Of a stretch of DNA of 64,000 nt, positions 37,801 through 48,539 are shown in pieces. The number at the start of each line of letters is the position of its first letter. The first letter of the stretch is position 1. The notes below the pieces were generated by a model, which was given only the letters and a program-made list of their open reading frames with translations, did no database searches and was not told where the DNA came from. A program made the translations under genes and the position numbers. This DNA comes from Phoronis australis. Its lineage: Eukaryota; Animalia; Phoronida. The stretch lies in assembly GCA_002633005.1 (NCBI GenBank), contig NMRA01000149.1:766737-830736 (forward strand). The letters are read 5' to 3'.

Positions 37801-39884
37801 ACTCTTCGAATGCACTATTTCGTCTGAGACATATTTCTTCTTTTCATTGTTACAGTAAAGGCATCACATTTGTCTCTGTACACGACTGTTTCTGGACCCA
37901 TGCCTGTGATGTGGATGTCATGAATCAGGTAATGTAAGAGGCTTAACACTTACAAGTTTGACACGTAAAGTCCTCTCTTCACGTTTTGATTCAATTCAAT
38001 TTTGTATATAAAGTTATTTATAAGCCTAACTTGCATTACTGGTGAATGAACCAGCAGACCTAGTCGTAAGCAATGCGTACATGCACCTTTTACAAATTTG
38101 CAATTTTAGGACTGGCCAATCTTAATAAGCTTTTAAATGTTTTCCCGACTTGCTGATGGTTTCGGATGTTCTTGTTGGTAATGGATAGAATCCTGTCACA
38201 GTAAGGAATTTTATGCGATGGATTTTACGAGAGTGAACAGAGCAAAATGCAGCTTTAAATGATAATAATATTGAGTGTTCAAAATCTTAACATTTAATCA
38301 ATAATTGCCATATGATATTTCTTTTACACTTTATGGGTTGAAGGGTGTGATTTGGTGGGGTGTAGACGACAGTAGTTCTGTGCAGATCCTAATAATCTGA
38401 TTCCTTTTTCCCCTGTGACGTGATTGGTCAGTACGAGCCTGAATATATGACACACTGTTTTTGCTCTAGTTTTTGCCATTCTTACCTACAGGTGATCCGA
38501 GAACAGTTTATTGCCCTTCATTCAGAGCCCATCCTGGAGAACCTGTCTCAGTCTTTGCAACAGTCTGTGGGGTTGGACAGGTGAGGGTAGTTAGCTCCAT
38601 GCTTGGTCCTGGGATCTGTGTTCTGAATTAGTGTAGATAGTATTTGACAATCCACTTATAATATAGTATTCAAAAGAAAATTGTCTTATCTGTTGTAGTT
38701 TTTAAGCAGTCACAGCTGGATATGGACAATGAACCAGTTGAATGGCATTTGGGCCCAACCTTGACACAGTCATTTAACAGTAAAATAGTAGCTATTTCAA
38801 TACAACATGTTTGTGTACTCCAGCATTGTAATATATGTACACGTCATGCAGTTTTTAGAGCCAGCTATTATTGTGACACGGCTGTTGCACTCATGAACAC
38901 AGTTCATTTATAAAATAGCTCATGTACTCAAAAAAAATCACAAAGAATGTTCACTGACTGCCAAGTGCAGTGCCGAATACAAAAATAGTGCTTACAAACC
39001 CACAAAACTCTTGCCTGGGCTCATAAACTCAGGTCTTGACTGTGTGTGACACCATGTTTGGGTATCAGCTGTGGTGGTGAGTCAGTGAACTAAGGTTATC
39101 ACGTCAGTGAACGCTGTTCATAAGTGACCAACGGTGTTTATTAGTACAGCAGACGTGTTGATCGGGTAGTTTTACGAGTCCTATACACTTAAACTACGTT
39201 TTACAGTGAAGAAAGCGGTTTGTCTGCTGATGCCTCACAGTCCATGGCCTTCCTAAGATCAGTTCTGGCAATGGTCCCCAGTCGAGGTAACTGTCTTATT
39301 TCTGAATATTCCGTCAAACAGTTTGAGCAAAATTTACATGCCTGGACGTTTTACGTGACATTTCAGTAGCTATTTTAATAGTCATTGTAAAATATGCTTA
39401 CCTACCTTGTCATTTTGTCCCCGGGTGGATGTTAATCTTTACCTGGTCTTACCATAAGCCATGCCAAGAACACAGAGTGTTTTGGTCAGTTTGTTTAAAT
39501 ATCAAATAGTGGTTGGAAGAGCCATGTAAATGCTCATGGGTAGGGATTAAAACAGCAATTAGCAGTTGCACTAGCATGTGAATGTACCATTTGTCTGGAG
39601 ATTGCTTCTTGTTTCCAGTTGTTTTAACTTGTGTTTTGAGTCAAAATGTTCCTTTGTGTAATTTGGGTTTAATGACAATAACCAATTAAAATATTAAATA
39701 GTGCGCTTGCTGTTAAATTGGAAACTTGGTTTTATAGTGGGATGCAACAAATATTTTTATTTTAATTGTAAAGTTTCTTGTCATGCATTCACAAACTTGA
39801 TACCCACCTCCTCACTGTTTTGTTGTTTTTTCAGGAGAGTTCGATTTGAAGAGCGTCTTGAAGTCTACCTACTTCTTCAGTTGA
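3995..39884 (+). CDS. POLRMT: Mitochondrial DNA-directed RNA polymerase (T7/phage-type); 28 identified coding exons, 5'-most exon(s) not located
   Basis: Hand-spliced GT-AG exons keep one frame for ~1313 codons. Motifs: PPR-like [11 protein letters not shown] and [82 protein letters not shown]-terminal STYFFS*. Confidence 0.97.
5476..5581 (+). CDS. POLRMT: POLRMT exon (KVRSSQDA...[13 protein letters not shown])
   Basis: ccttag acceptor, gtaaga donor, phases fit neighbours. Confidence 0.85.
6028..8589 (-). mobile_element. hAT-type DNA transposon relic with 5-bp TSD (hAT5-like)
   Basis: TIRs CAGGGCTCAACATTAA / rc CAGGACTCAACACTAA; ACCTA duplicated at 6023-6027 and 8590-8594; minus-strand TTF-type zinc-finger remnant (SWEVRFPGL...[10 protein letters not shown]) at 6542-6736. 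Confidence 0.75.
6751..8212 (+). mobile_element. Non-autonomous Helentron/DINE-1-like element (inner copy)
   Basis: ATGCGCCCACA..TGTGGACGCAT hairpin, tccgtcc microsatellite, ~450-bp internal repeats, 3' TGTGGGCGCAT plus caacgc-tct-gcgttg stem-loop, T-rich insertion site. Confidence 0.8.
9724..9849 (+). CDS. POLRMT: POLRMT exon, PPR region (VKKAHATL...[11 protein letters not shown])
   Basis: tttcag acceptor, gtgtgt donor; PPR-like motif. Confidence 0.9.
10450..11000 (-). pseudogene. Degraded transposase C-terminus, possibly piggyBac-type Cys-rich domain
   Basis: Frame-broken minus-strand peptide ...KRQCVI...[10 protein letters not shown]..., reminiscent of piggyBac C-terminal CxxC clusters. 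Confidence 0.3.
11770..12000 (-). pseudogene. Transposon-derived coding fragment (possibly N-terminus of a Sola-like transposase)
   Basis: ERVLLRSNL...CPNHRY / LDMYWRR...HPLH across a frameshift; family assignment is from memory only. Confidence 0.3.
13507..13665 (+). CDS. POLRMT: POLRMT exon, PPR region (HNLERIQ...[18 protein letters not shown]...MDSL)
   Basis: aag acceptor, gtgagt donor; PPR consensus G-x-x-P-N. Confidence 0.92.
14517..14585 (+). CDS. POLRMT: POLRMT exon ([23 protein letters not shown])
   Basis: tttcag acceptor, gtaatc donor, phase 0/0. Confidence 0.85.
15126..15371 (+). CDS. POLRMT: POLRMT exon (AIKSVDPDF...KTIEM)
   Basis: accag acceptor, gtaagt donor, open frame. Confidence 0.9.
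16002..16086 (+). CDS. POLRMT: POLRMT exon ([12 protein letters not shown]...LNK)
   Basis: tgtag acceptor, gtaagt donor, phase-1 end. Confidence 0.88.
17027..17171. repeat. ~145-bp near-perfect palindrome (fold-back MITE-like)
   Basis: Arms gaaaattaaatctattactggacttacagattgagttggctacattgcg / cgcaaggtagccaactcaatccgtaagtccagtaataaatttaattttc, 9-nt loop; outer agttgagt/actcaact also pair. Confidence 0.85.
17222..17460 (+). repeat. ~100-bp tandem duplication of an acceptor site plus exon start
   Basis: Three related copies of ...gctca(g/a)ca..tatccct.(c/t)gtgaagtt...; the last copy is the real exon. Confidence 0.8.
17419..17492 (+). CDS. POLRMT: POLRMT exon ([25 protein letters not shown])
   Basis: tacag acceptor, gtaatg donor; resembles the conserved LYPFL region. 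Confidence 0.9.
18234..18365 (+). CDS. POLRMT: POLRMT exon ([14 protein letters not shown]...HAEK)
   Basis: tacag acceptor, gttagt donor, phase 0/0. Confidence 0.88.
18600..18990 (+). mobile_element. Degenerate interspersed repeat (Helentron/DINE-like internal repeats)
   Basis: Recurrent gatggatttcaatgaaa / atggaatttggcaca units and a ccccctggtggcc motif. Confidence 0.35.
19208..19357 (+). CDS. POLRMT: POLRMT exon (VSEVYSEF...HWPWHIIRS)
   Basis: ctctag acceptor, gtaagc donor; WP motif. Confidence 0.88.
20933..22620. mobile_element. hAT-like relic starting CAGGGCTCGAC, with nested MITE at 21183-21679
   Basis: Left end resembles the 6028 element; the nested unit has TIRs cggggcttggaat / attccaagccctg. 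Right end of the host is uncertain. Confidence 0.45.
23014..23090 (+). CDS. POLRMT: POLRMT exon ([16 protein letters not shown]...)
   Basis: tgtag acceptor, gtaaaa donor. Confidence 0.88.
23446..23518 (+). CDS. POLRMT: POLRMT exon ([12 protein letters not shown]...EEVK; intercalating hairpin region)
   Basis: ttcag acceptor, gtaagt donor; PAF motif. Confidence 0.9.
24378..24513 (+). CDS. POLRMT: POLRMT exon (PHPTL...[14 protein letters not shown])
   Basis: Conserved PMLVPPxPW; tttag acceptor, gtgagt donor. Confidence 0.95.
24436..24826 (+). repeat. Minisatellite (78-bp unit x3 plus one degenerate copy) derived from the 3' half of a POLRMT exon and its donor site
   Basis: Unit gaggtccatgaattaccagcatttgtccctccagt matches exon gaggtccatgaattacccatgttggtccctccagt; ggaaagtt|gtgagc mirrors gggaagta|gtgagt. 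Confidence 0.88.
25286..25510 (+). repeat. 22-bp minisatellite, ~10 copies
   Basis: Unit cctgatggtcatttactgtctg, degenerate at the edges. Confidence 0.85.
25749..25882 (+). CDS. POLRMT: POLRMT exon (QLVRVNG...[17 protein letters not shown])
   Basis: Conserved WxIN; tgcag acceptor, gtaggt donor. Confidence 0.93.
26646..26746 (+). CDS. POLRMT: POLRMT exon ([13 protein letters not shown]...LPKLT)
   Basis: tgcag acceptor, gtaagt donor. Confidence 0.92.
26850..28320 (-). mobile_element. 5'-truncated non-LTR retrotransposon (CR1/L2-group), decayed RT
   Basis: [42 protein letters not shown], LxLETGRY in broken frames; 3' (aata)n tail. Confidence 0.9.
29033..30741 (+). mobile_element. Non-autonomous Helentron/DINE-1-like element, same family as 6751-8212
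   Basis: Same 5' hairpin, (tccg)n, ~3.5 copies of the ~450-bp unit, 3' tgtgggcgcat plus caacgc-tcc-gcgttg. Confidence 0.82.
31007..31127 (+). CDS. POLRMT: POLRMT exon, thumb (DMTSAEK...[18 protein letters not shown])
   Basis: Conserved EMxSL; tgcag acceptor, gtcagt donor. Confidence 0.93.
31900..32150 (+). repeat. 44-bp minisatellite, ~5.7 copies, abutting an acceptor site
   Basis: Unit gtctcccagcttgttcatcttatgttcaacaggtacttgttagt. Confidence 0.9.
32171..32255 (+). CDS. POLRMT: POLRMT exon ([29 protein letters not shown])
   Basis: DFRGR signature. Confidence 0.97.
32623..32734 (+). CDS. POLRMT: POLRMT exon ([33 protein letters not shown])
   Basis: Conserved GL-WLK-H. Confidence 0.96.
33273..33351 (+). 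CDS. POLRMT: POLRMT exon ([12 protein letters not shown]...DSAENPML)
   Basis: Conserved DSAxxP; gtaagc donor. Confidence 0.93.
33802..34044 (+). CDS. POLRMT: POLRMT exon with motif A (WW...EPWQTLACC...[18 protein letters not shown]...QDVY)
   Basis: Catalytic Asp motif A. Confidence 0.97.
34453..34530 (+). CDS. POLRMT: POLRMT exon (VEKIRVSDA...LEGFVKRK)
   Basis: Start of motif B; donor gttgtc is weak. Confidence 0.9.
34986..35174 (+). CDS. POLRMT: POLRMT exon, motif B/O-helix ([14 protein letters not shown]...KEIQ)
   Basis: KQTVMTxxYG signature. Confidence 0.97.
35940..36097 (+). CDS. POLRMT: POLRMT exon (DWFTACA...[13 protein letters not shown], specificity loop)
   Basis: WxTPLGLPVxQPY signature. 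Confidence 0.96.
36229..36327 (+). CDS. POLRMT: POLRMT exon ([27 protein letters not shown])
   Basis: PNFIHSLD signature. Confidence 0.96.
36965..37568 (+). repeat. 46-bp minisatellite, 13 apparently identical copies
   Basis: Unit cattttgccctgtcatatatagtacaggttagtccaagccacatca; no spacers. Confidence 0.97.
37618..37768 (+). repeat. 51-bp tandem repeat x3
   Basis: Unit gtgatacattgaattataacacgaagtggcccatggcatcactgccttcgt. Confidence 0.92.
37856..37928 (+). CDS. POLRMT: POLRMT exon with motif C ([15 protein letters not shown])
   Basis: Catalytic HD motif C. Confidence 0.97.
38492..38580 (+). CDS. POLRMT: POLRMT exon ([18 protein letters not shown])
   Basis: Conserved REQFxxLH. Confidence 0.95.
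39207..39286 (+). CDS. POLRMT: POLRMT exon (EESGL...LAMVPSRG)
   Basis: Phases 2/1 bridge the neighbours; PxxG motif. Confidence 0.85.
39835..39884 (+). CDS. POLRMT: POLRMT last coding exon ([15 protein letters not shown])
   Basis: Hallmark C-terminal YFFS followed by TGA. Confidence 0.97.
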
Positions 39885-40616
39885 TACAGTCAGTCACAGG
39901 CAAATTAACATACTCACAACTAACTTTGGCATAGTTAATGTCTATTGAAGGCACAAGCAGTAATGATATTGGTTTGCATGCATGCAATTCCTATTTGGGA
40001 TTTGTTTAAAATTGATGGCTGCAATCTAGCAATGGTAGAACTACGGTATTTGCTCTCTTTTTTGGCACAGTTTCCCCTGTAATTGTAAATAGACAACCAA
40101 GTATATTCACACCACATGGCATCATGAACAGACTACTTCGATTATTCTATGTGTGTGGGGATTGCCTGCAGCATAGTCTATGCCTGCAGCATAGTCTATG
40201 CCTGGCATAAACAACTTGTCTGATAATAGCTTACTGAAGTGATGATAGAAGCGGTAAAATGGTGGGAATCTCTTTGGATTCCAGTGCAAGTTTTATGTGT
40301 TAGTACACTTATAAAACATGCCTTTAATTCATATGTGGCCAGTTGACAGTATTTTATTGTTTTTTAAAATGTGGTTTTTGTCAAAGGTGTTCATCTTAGG
40401 TTTGTTCAGTCTTGCCCTACGTTCTTCTGTTTGGATTGTGATAGATGTTCAATTAGATTTATTTTTGAATTATACTAACTAGTCTTGAGAATGGCTTGCC
40501 TCATAGAACATGGAAATATCGATCGGGTATTTTTTGCAACCCATGTATAAAACAATACAATACAGGGAATTAGCCCAGAAAACAAATCATTATATCCAGG
40601 CTTACATATACATAGC

Positions 40617-40622
40617 AATAAA
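40617..40622 (+). terminator. Candidate polyadenylation signal for POLRMT
   Basis: First AATAAA I noticed after the stop, ~730 nt downstream; no transcript evidence. Confidence 0.35.
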
Positions 40623-42409
40623 TTATTTAAGTAGAAAATATAATGAGCAATAATGCAAAGAAAATAACCTTCCCTTCTTCCAGGGTGGAGTCATGAATTA
40701 CCTGTGCCATAACTCGCGTGAAAGTAATTCATACTGAAAGCTACAATTCAGGGGATTTCACCTATGACACTGCTGAAATTTGCATTGCCGGCTGTAAAGA
40801 TCCAATGACATCACAAATTTCTTGGTGACGTGTTAACAATATTAAGGAAAACACTTGTCACCTGCGTTTACTTGAATTGAAATCACATGTCCTCTGCTTC
40901 TCTGTTTCTTTTCCCCCTTATGATGGTGTGCTTACCTCTTCTCAAGAAAAACTAGTTTACCTTTTAAATGTTCATCCCAAGGACGTCTCTCTTCTTCCTC
41001 TTGTGCTCCTTGTGGGCTTTTTGCAAGCACAGCTTAGAGAGACCTAATTTTGAGTTTGCTTTGCTGAGCATCTTGGCCCTACCACCATGCTGTGCAAGAT
41101 ATGTTTGTCTATTTGCATTTTCTTTTCTTAGTTTTCTCTTGAAATCTTCACTTATTGCTTAAGGGAAAGTCAGCTATTTCTTGAACAAATAAGTGCAGTA
41201 AGTTTCTTTTGATGCAGGTGAATTGGTGGGGATAAGTGTTGCTGTTTATGCTTCATTTATCAGTCGAGTCGTTTTTTTATCAGTACTTTCTGTTTCTCTA
41301 TTGTTCTCTAGGATTTTCTGAATATATTTAACCTTCCTTCGTTTGACTTATGTGTTTGGGGGTGTTTCTGTTGGTGGTTTGCAAGTGTTTACATTTGCTT
41401 GTTACTTTTTCCTTCTGTGCTCCTTCTTCCACTTAGGCTGTAACTGTCTCTGCTCTATGTCATTCATCTCATGTATGATTTTCATTTTCGCCGGTTGTTT
41501 TGGTTACTTGTTCCTTTGCCTTTCCTTTTTCATATGAGGATGATGTTTTTTCTGGTTGCTTTTGATTTGCTCTCGCATCATCATTTCGGCCTTAGACTTT
41601 TTTGGCGTGGCATTTCTGACACTGGGATGATAAAATTGTAGTGTATGTGATAGACATTTTAAAGTAATAGACAGTAACCAGTGTTGAGCTTCACCAAACA
41701 AATGTGCTGGCCTGCAGGGGCAGTTTCTTAAATATGAGACCAAATCCACAAAAGGCCTATTGGTGAAAAATTGGGCTTCAACACAGTTTGCAAAAAAAAA
41801 CAAGTTTAGTCTATTTCAGTGTGTTAGTCTAAATTGACCAGAAAACTGTAAATTTGAAATTACTTTAGACGAAACCTCTTGTCATAGTTTATTCACATTA
41901 ATTGTATTTCATGATCCAAATGACATTAATATAAACTGGAAAGATTATTGTGGCTGTGTGACAGTAATGAACTCTGCACATGCGTTTTACTGGAATTGGT
42001 ATGGGGAGTTTAGACAACAACCCTTCACCAAGATTAATCAGAATTCTTTAATATTGTAGGAGAAATTACATGTTAGTAATGTGATGATAATTGACCCTTT
42101 CCAATCCTTATGAAGGAAAAAGTATAAACTCACCAAATGTTCGTTAATGCTAAGAACCACAGATGTCTTTCTTTAAGAGCTTTAGAATACAAGTTCACTG
42201 AGAATGTCAAAATTTCAGAAGAAAATACACCTAATAACCTCATGGTTGCACCAAGTGACCTGAAACTTTACAATGGGGACTCAATGAGCAACGGTGCTGG
42301 AATCTGCTGCCATTAGGCGGCACCTTTGACAGTTGAGTCCCAGAAGTACAGACGATAATGCCATTTGTGTTATAACTGCTTCGGCTTTTCATGTTTTGAG
42401 GTGTTTAAT

Positions 42410-42580
42410 ATGCCTTGAACTTTGTGTTGGGTGCCGCATTGTTCAAACAGAGGTGACCATGGGTGTTGAAGTTGAGGTTGCATGCGATCAGGCGTGACAA
42501 ATGGAAACCAAAACCGGGGGTCAGCGTTGTTTGCCACGATTACTTTGCAACTGAGAGTTATGTGTCAGAAACCGCTTGTG
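42410..42580 (+). pseudogene. THAP zinc-finger remnant (DNA transposon derived)
   Basis: MP*TLCWVPHCSN... / LHAIRRDKWKPKPGVSVVCHDYF with a stop and a frameshift; THAP C2CH pattern. Confidence 0.6.
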
Positions 42581-43357
42581 GTAAGCTGTTTGGGGGAATT
42601 TGATAGATGTAATAGCTTACATATTTTTTAACATTGTACAGTACTGTTAAAAATGAGGTCTGCGCTATAATGGTAAAGCGGAAGACGATCGCACGGCGAA
42701 GCCACCGTTGACAATGCTCAGTGTCGTTGACAGTGCTACCCCGTTCTCTGCTACCCTGTAGATATTATTTGTGTTTTCATTCTGCATAAATTATTATAAT
42801 GTGTGATTAGAATAAACCTTGACACAAGAAAATTAAGGTATCTATTAATGGTTGTAGGTAGCCAATACGTGAGCTCTTGCTTCAGAGTCGGTTTTTTCCT
42901 AGGGGGTACTCGGTCAGTTTTTGGACAGGGGTATGCCGCCAGAAAATTGGGATACCAACCCATTTATTGTCTCGGACAAAAAATGACCCATTTAGAGAGT
43001 AATTTTGTGTGAAAACACGTTTTCAGACAGTTTTGTGCCAGAAATTTAAAAAGCTGCCCCATCACTTCACTCAGTTCTGTAGTAAACCCATGTCTATGAA
43101 TCTGTGACCAGGTAGTTCTTCATCTGGATCCAAATCAAGTGATTTTTCAGTTTCAAAGCAAATGATAATGCAGGTTGTGGTGCAGGTTTTTGTTTGTCAG
43201 ACTAGTCAGATTTTCTTGACTGTCAGTTCACAGTGTTGATTCCCAGGGAATTTTCTTTTCTTTGTCTTACACTTTCTTCTGCTGCTGCTTCTCATTATAA
43301 TAAGTGAGTGAAGATGATTCCTTGTTGGTAACATTAAAATAATGAAGAAATCTGTGT

Positions 43358-44472
43358 TTAATCTTCAGAAGTGTCCTGAAAAGTTCTCATGAGGCCAAAT
43401 ATGCTAAAAATGTCTGACCAGTTGACCCTGACCTCCATCTTTACGTTCGTAAGTGAAATACACTCCATGTCATGTTCATGGTCACATGAAGAGCTGTATT
43501 TCTCCTGATCACCGTCACTTAAAGCGAACTTTAAGCAATGGTCCGCACATCGCCTGGCTTCCACGATGTCAGACGCATGCTCAGTTTTGAGATACCTCTC
43601 TTCACTTTTCAGCTTTAGTATAATCCCTCTTGACACGGTGATTTATTTAGGAACAATATTAATAATAAGTTTGATGAGCGAGTCGAAAGCATCAGCTCCC
43701 TTTGCAGACAGATATTCTAGTCCTTGCAGGGACTTCTGCTGAGACGCTCCACAAGTCTCTAAAATCTTAAAATGAGTACTCTGACATGTAAAGCCAGTCT
43801 CTTGGCAGAACTGCTCGTGTTGTTTGATGATTCGTGCTGGAATCGCAATGCCTATAACACCAGGAAAAGTTACATGCTTGCCGCTATCCATCTTCAAAAC
43901 TTTCGTGCCAAACGTTACATCTTGCAAGCAGATTTGTTGGCTAATAAAGTCTAGAAAATGATCAATTTTTAAATGATCTAATCTCGTTCCTGTAGTTTTC
44001 TTGATTAGTATTTCTTCCCCCAATCCAACCAGATTGTTATGGTATTGTTTCTCGCGTGATCAATTTGGTGAATGGTCAGTCCTGTAATAGCTTGCTGCAA
44101 TTCTTTTTGGGTAAAATCGTGGGCAAACGAAGATAATATTTGTATTCTAGCCCTAGATGATGTCTCGATATAGGCCTCAATGAGGTTTTCCACACTGGCT
44201 GTACTTGCTTTGGGTTTACTCTCACTGGCAAACGCACGTTTACTCAGCATCACATCCCAAAGCTTCATTTCTTGGCAAGGTGCTGTCATAATGGAACTCA
44301 GGACTGCCTGGAATGACTCTCTAACTTTTGCAACATAGTGGCTTTTCTGTCGAATACCAAGGTCTTCCCATTCTGTGTTTAGATCGATTGCAGGGGCTTG
44401 AAACCATGCTCCTAAAAGCCTGTATAAGACATTCCGTTGATCTTTCTGCATCATGGAACGATCGATCCACAC
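43358..44472 (-). mobile_element. Fragmented DNA-transposon protein, probably Sola (Sola3-like) transposase N-terminal part
   Basis: Three consecutive frameshifted ORFs with HFLDFI..QDVTFGTKVLKMDSG, CGASQQKSLQGL, ADHCLKFALSD..CDHEH. The superfamily label is from memory. Confidence 0.5.
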
Positions 44473-46385
44473 ACTAGCTGACTTGTCGTCACTGGATGAA
44501 GATGACTGACTAGTCGGTGAGATGAGGTCTAAGCGAGGTTGCTAAAATTAAAAATGAAAGTTTAATTTAAACCAAAAATCAACTCATTCTTTATATAAAT
44601 AAATAAACCTTTGATAAGTGTTTGCAATCCACTCTTTAGTTACTGTGTTAATACTAAGTACTCGTGGACATACAATATTGTGTCAAAATTGTTTTCAGTC
44701 AACATCAAAACTCAGTACCCAATCAAATTTAAATTGCCTCCTCCCTCAACCTACTTAGCTAACTTGTGATTTCATTAACTGTTCCACGCATCAGTGCTTG
44801 ATTTAGCGACCTACAGTTTGCCAATGCAACTTCAAAATTAGTGATGACTTTCAAGCTTTAAATTAATGATATTTTTTCTTAAGTTCGCAATCATTCTGTT
44901 TAGTTCGTGAAATCAGTGCTATTGGCACCCTCAAGAGTCAGCACATATCCAACATGCACCTTCTGGTCAAGAAGGGCACTGATTCACAACAAACCTTATA
45001 ATTGTAAGGTTAACATTCTTAGGAACATGAGGTCTTATGTCTAGTGAATACCGTACGACAAGTTTTGCAGTGCTAACAAAATCTCTAACATAGCCTCAGT
45101 TATGAAGGATGAAAGGTGTTGACACAAATAAGTACAAACCAATAAACATACAGTTCAAGTAATAATTAGTTTCACAATTTCATTCAGCAAGATTCTAAGT
45201 TCAACCACAACAAAAACATGGCCACGTTACACTTATCTCGTTTGGGTTTTTTTGTTTTTTTTTACATTGGAAGTCCCCTAACTCAAAGCTACACAAGAGT
45301 CGTACTTCACTCAACTGCATGTCTTGTTTGGTAATAACCGAGCTGTTTTGCAACCAAAAAGCTTAGTTAAGCTTAGTGACTCACTTTGCTTCAACTTGAA
45401 GCTCATATTCCAGTGTTATGATTAATTTGTATTCAATACAATTATAGATCATTGAAAAAACACGCCTTCATGGGATGTTCATATTATCCAATGTCATTTA
45501 ATTATACACTAGAGTGACTTCCTTTTTTGTTATTAAGTTCATCAATTTTAGACTACATATACATTCTTAAACTTGAAGAGTAGTTTATGAATACAAGAAG
45601 ACTTGTCACAGGTGATAACTAGTTTATGAATTATCTGAATAATGCTCTAGAAATGATTTGCTCATAGGAGCAGTTTATGAACTTTTCTAAAAGTTCCTGA
45701 ATCATCAGTGAGTTCATCAAAACTGGGAATTGTTCACGAAGTCTTGATATGATGGTTTCATGAACCTAGACAACAGTTCATGAACTGTCCACAAAATGTA
45801 TGAACTGTTCTTGCATTTTCATGAACAGTAGCATAAGTTGATGAATCAGTCTAATGAATTTATTATGAACTTTCACAAACTTCATGAACTTTTATGTAGT
45901 GTTCATGAACAAAAGTAAATGAGCTTGGATCCATGAACTATTCATGAAAATCGTTCATGAATGTTCATGAACATTTCAAAGTTCATGAACTACATTTCAA
46001 CATTTGACTTGCAGTTTTTTATATGCGCTAACTGCGAAGCGATANCCGAAGCTAGTTTACAGTGAAACAGCACGTGTGAGATAATATGATATGTTGAGCT
46101 GTAAAGGTGGGTGACAATCTGCCAAGCAGCAATGAAGGTATACACAAGTGTTGAATTAGAAAGTTAAGTAACAATATGCGGAAGCAAAACAGCAACAGCA
46201 GGACAGCGACATGGGAGAATTAAGTGTAAAGGGAAGCAAGGGAAATTGATTTGAGGGAGGGAGGGAAAGAGAAATTGACTGAAAACTGAAAATTGGAGAG
46301 GATTATGGACAGTTTTTTATTATTTCAAAATGATACACTAACATCCAGTAACTTATTGCCAACCTCTGAATTCCGAAATAGAATG

Positions 46386-47691
46386 TCATTCTGGGCCATG
46401 CACAGAATAGTTTTCCTTAGAGACATTGTGTAAGCAGTCGTCAGCCTTCTTTAGGTACTTTTGCATTTGTGCTGCTTGTTCAACAGCCTTGGCAGCTGAT
46501 TTATTATCGTTGACACTTTCATGCTTTTTGAAATCATCGCGTTTTGGTACGTCTGGAGATTCACCGCTCGCGAAAATATTAGATTTCCTAGCATCAGTGC
46601 ATACCTTACATAAAAACACATTTCTGTCCTTTTCATACACTAGCCACTTAAAGTCGTGGAACCATTGTGGTTTAATAGCTCGGGCAGTGGTTGCCTTCTG
46701 AGTGGTTCCCAGCACTAGCAGGTAGCTGACTTGAAGTTAATGGTTGCACTACCTCCACATCAGAAGAAAGTTGATGAGTGCTTGAGAGAGAGAGCTACAG
46801 CACCAGTAGACTGCTGAGTTGTTGGCGGCTGCATTCCATCTCTTTGGGTTTTGCTGAAAAATGTAAAAGTAGTGGGTTATTGATTATAAATTTACCTGAT
46901 AAGTTGGAGGGGATGTCAGCAAACATGGGTTTTATTATGACTTAAAAAGTTGGGGCTTAGGATGAGGTTCCCTCTATTCTCGAGTTACTGCGTGGGTACG
47001 CCAGCCATAACCATTTTATGATGTTGACTTAAAAAATTGGGCATGGCTTCCCCCTGTCTCTGGGTTACTGCGGGTAACGCTGGCTATATGGGCATTTCAT
47101 TGGTGTTGATCTAGAAAAATTGGGCAAGGTGGGCATGGGTTCCCCCCTACCTGAGGGTAACGGCGAGGGTACGCCGGCCACATGGGCATAATTCATTGAT
47201 ATTGACTAAAAACATTGGGCAGGGATTCCACCCTATCCCCGGGTTACGGCGGGCTACGCCGGCCACGTGGGCATTTTGGTGACCAATACAATTAGGTCTA
47301 AAAACGTTAACACAACTTGTGTGTTCCAAAATAAAGCTAAACAGTGCAGAGCGGTGAACATAAAGCTCATTAAGTAAAAATATGACATTTTCTTTACCTT
47401 GTTTTCTTTCGGTCGAACATTTCGGTGCAGTAAAAGAGTGATTTCAGGGGGAGTGAGTCTGACGGATATGAAATGGAACATTCGCTTGCTATTTTTAGGA
47501 TTCCGAATCGGAAGTAAGAATGTCGTTCGCGATGCGACTTGATTCGAGCTGACTGTGAGTTGACACGAGAGTATGTTTCCCGAAATTTGCTTTTATTGAC
47601 AAGTTTCAAGAGGGTTCGCCAGGTTGGCGAATGTACTTAGCTCATCGCCTGTGCCGCTCAGAATTCGCCTATGGCGTGTTCGCGAGCCTAG
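46386..47691 (-). mobile_element. hAT transposon relic with TTF-type zinc finger (ZNF862-like) and ~75-85-bp internal repeats
   Basis: QWFHDFKWLVY...FLCKVC...FKKHE at 46386-46715; related repeats at 46945-47280; candidate terminus ctaggctcgcgaa (rc). Confidence 0.6.
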
Positions 47692-48539
47692 GATGTAACA
47701 AAGACCTTTCTCTCCCGCTGTAACAAAAAGGTGGAAACAAATATTACTCTTAGCCTTTATTGGATGTTCTGATGTGTCACTTAAGAGAAGTAAGTGATAA
47801 ACACCTAATTATAACAATGACAGACAGTGACTGAGTAAAAGATGTCAGTAGTAGATATTTGACATTTGTATGTCATCTGCTCTGTATGTTAAAATCGAGT
47901 TGCAAATTGTAATGATATAACATTTTCAAATAGCACACTCACATGTATTAAATTTCGAGTGTAATTGTAACTATGATTTTATTATAATATTGCCGTATTT
48001 AGAAATGAATAGGTGGTACATTGTTTTCTTTTTTAGTCCTGGGACTTGCGTCACAGGTAACGCCAAGGCAACTCATTGTTTTTGCTGAGGTGTTCTATTT
48101 TTACTTGGTTGCAATGGTACAATCATTTTTTCTCCATTTGGTCCTGCAAAGATTCCATGTTCACTGAAATGCTGAAGAATCAACGTTAAAAGTTCTCGAG
48201 TTGGTCCGCCTTCACACACTGCCCCTTCTGCTTCCCAATATCGTCCATGAAGTTAATGGACAGACGATTTTCGGGTACGAAGTGCCGTCTTGATAACGCT
48301 CTGGTAGCTCCATCAACGATTCTGGACCTTGCCACATTTATGTGGTTGGGTGGCTCATCTGCCTTTATTTGCGAGTGAAGCTGCCTAAGTAATTGTCATT
48401 TCACTGGAATTGAAATTGATTAAATATTTTTAATTGTTCATATGACTTTTTCTTCAGTATGTCCAAAAGCTTTTCCGCCGCGATTTGACTACTTCGGTGT
48501 CCTGTGACGTGGGTGGTCCTTCGATGGCAGAGCCATCGG

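Noticed and set aside
37626-37937. ORF with 17-aa repeats in frame with the motif C exon
   Set aside because: Arises from the 51-bp intronic repeat; a strong acceptor at 37855 with the right phase explains the exon.
32171-39884. T7-like RNA polymerase as a sign of phage or horizontal transfer
   Set aside because: Spliceosomal introns, a PPR region and the YFFS end identify ordinary nuclear-encoded POLRMT.
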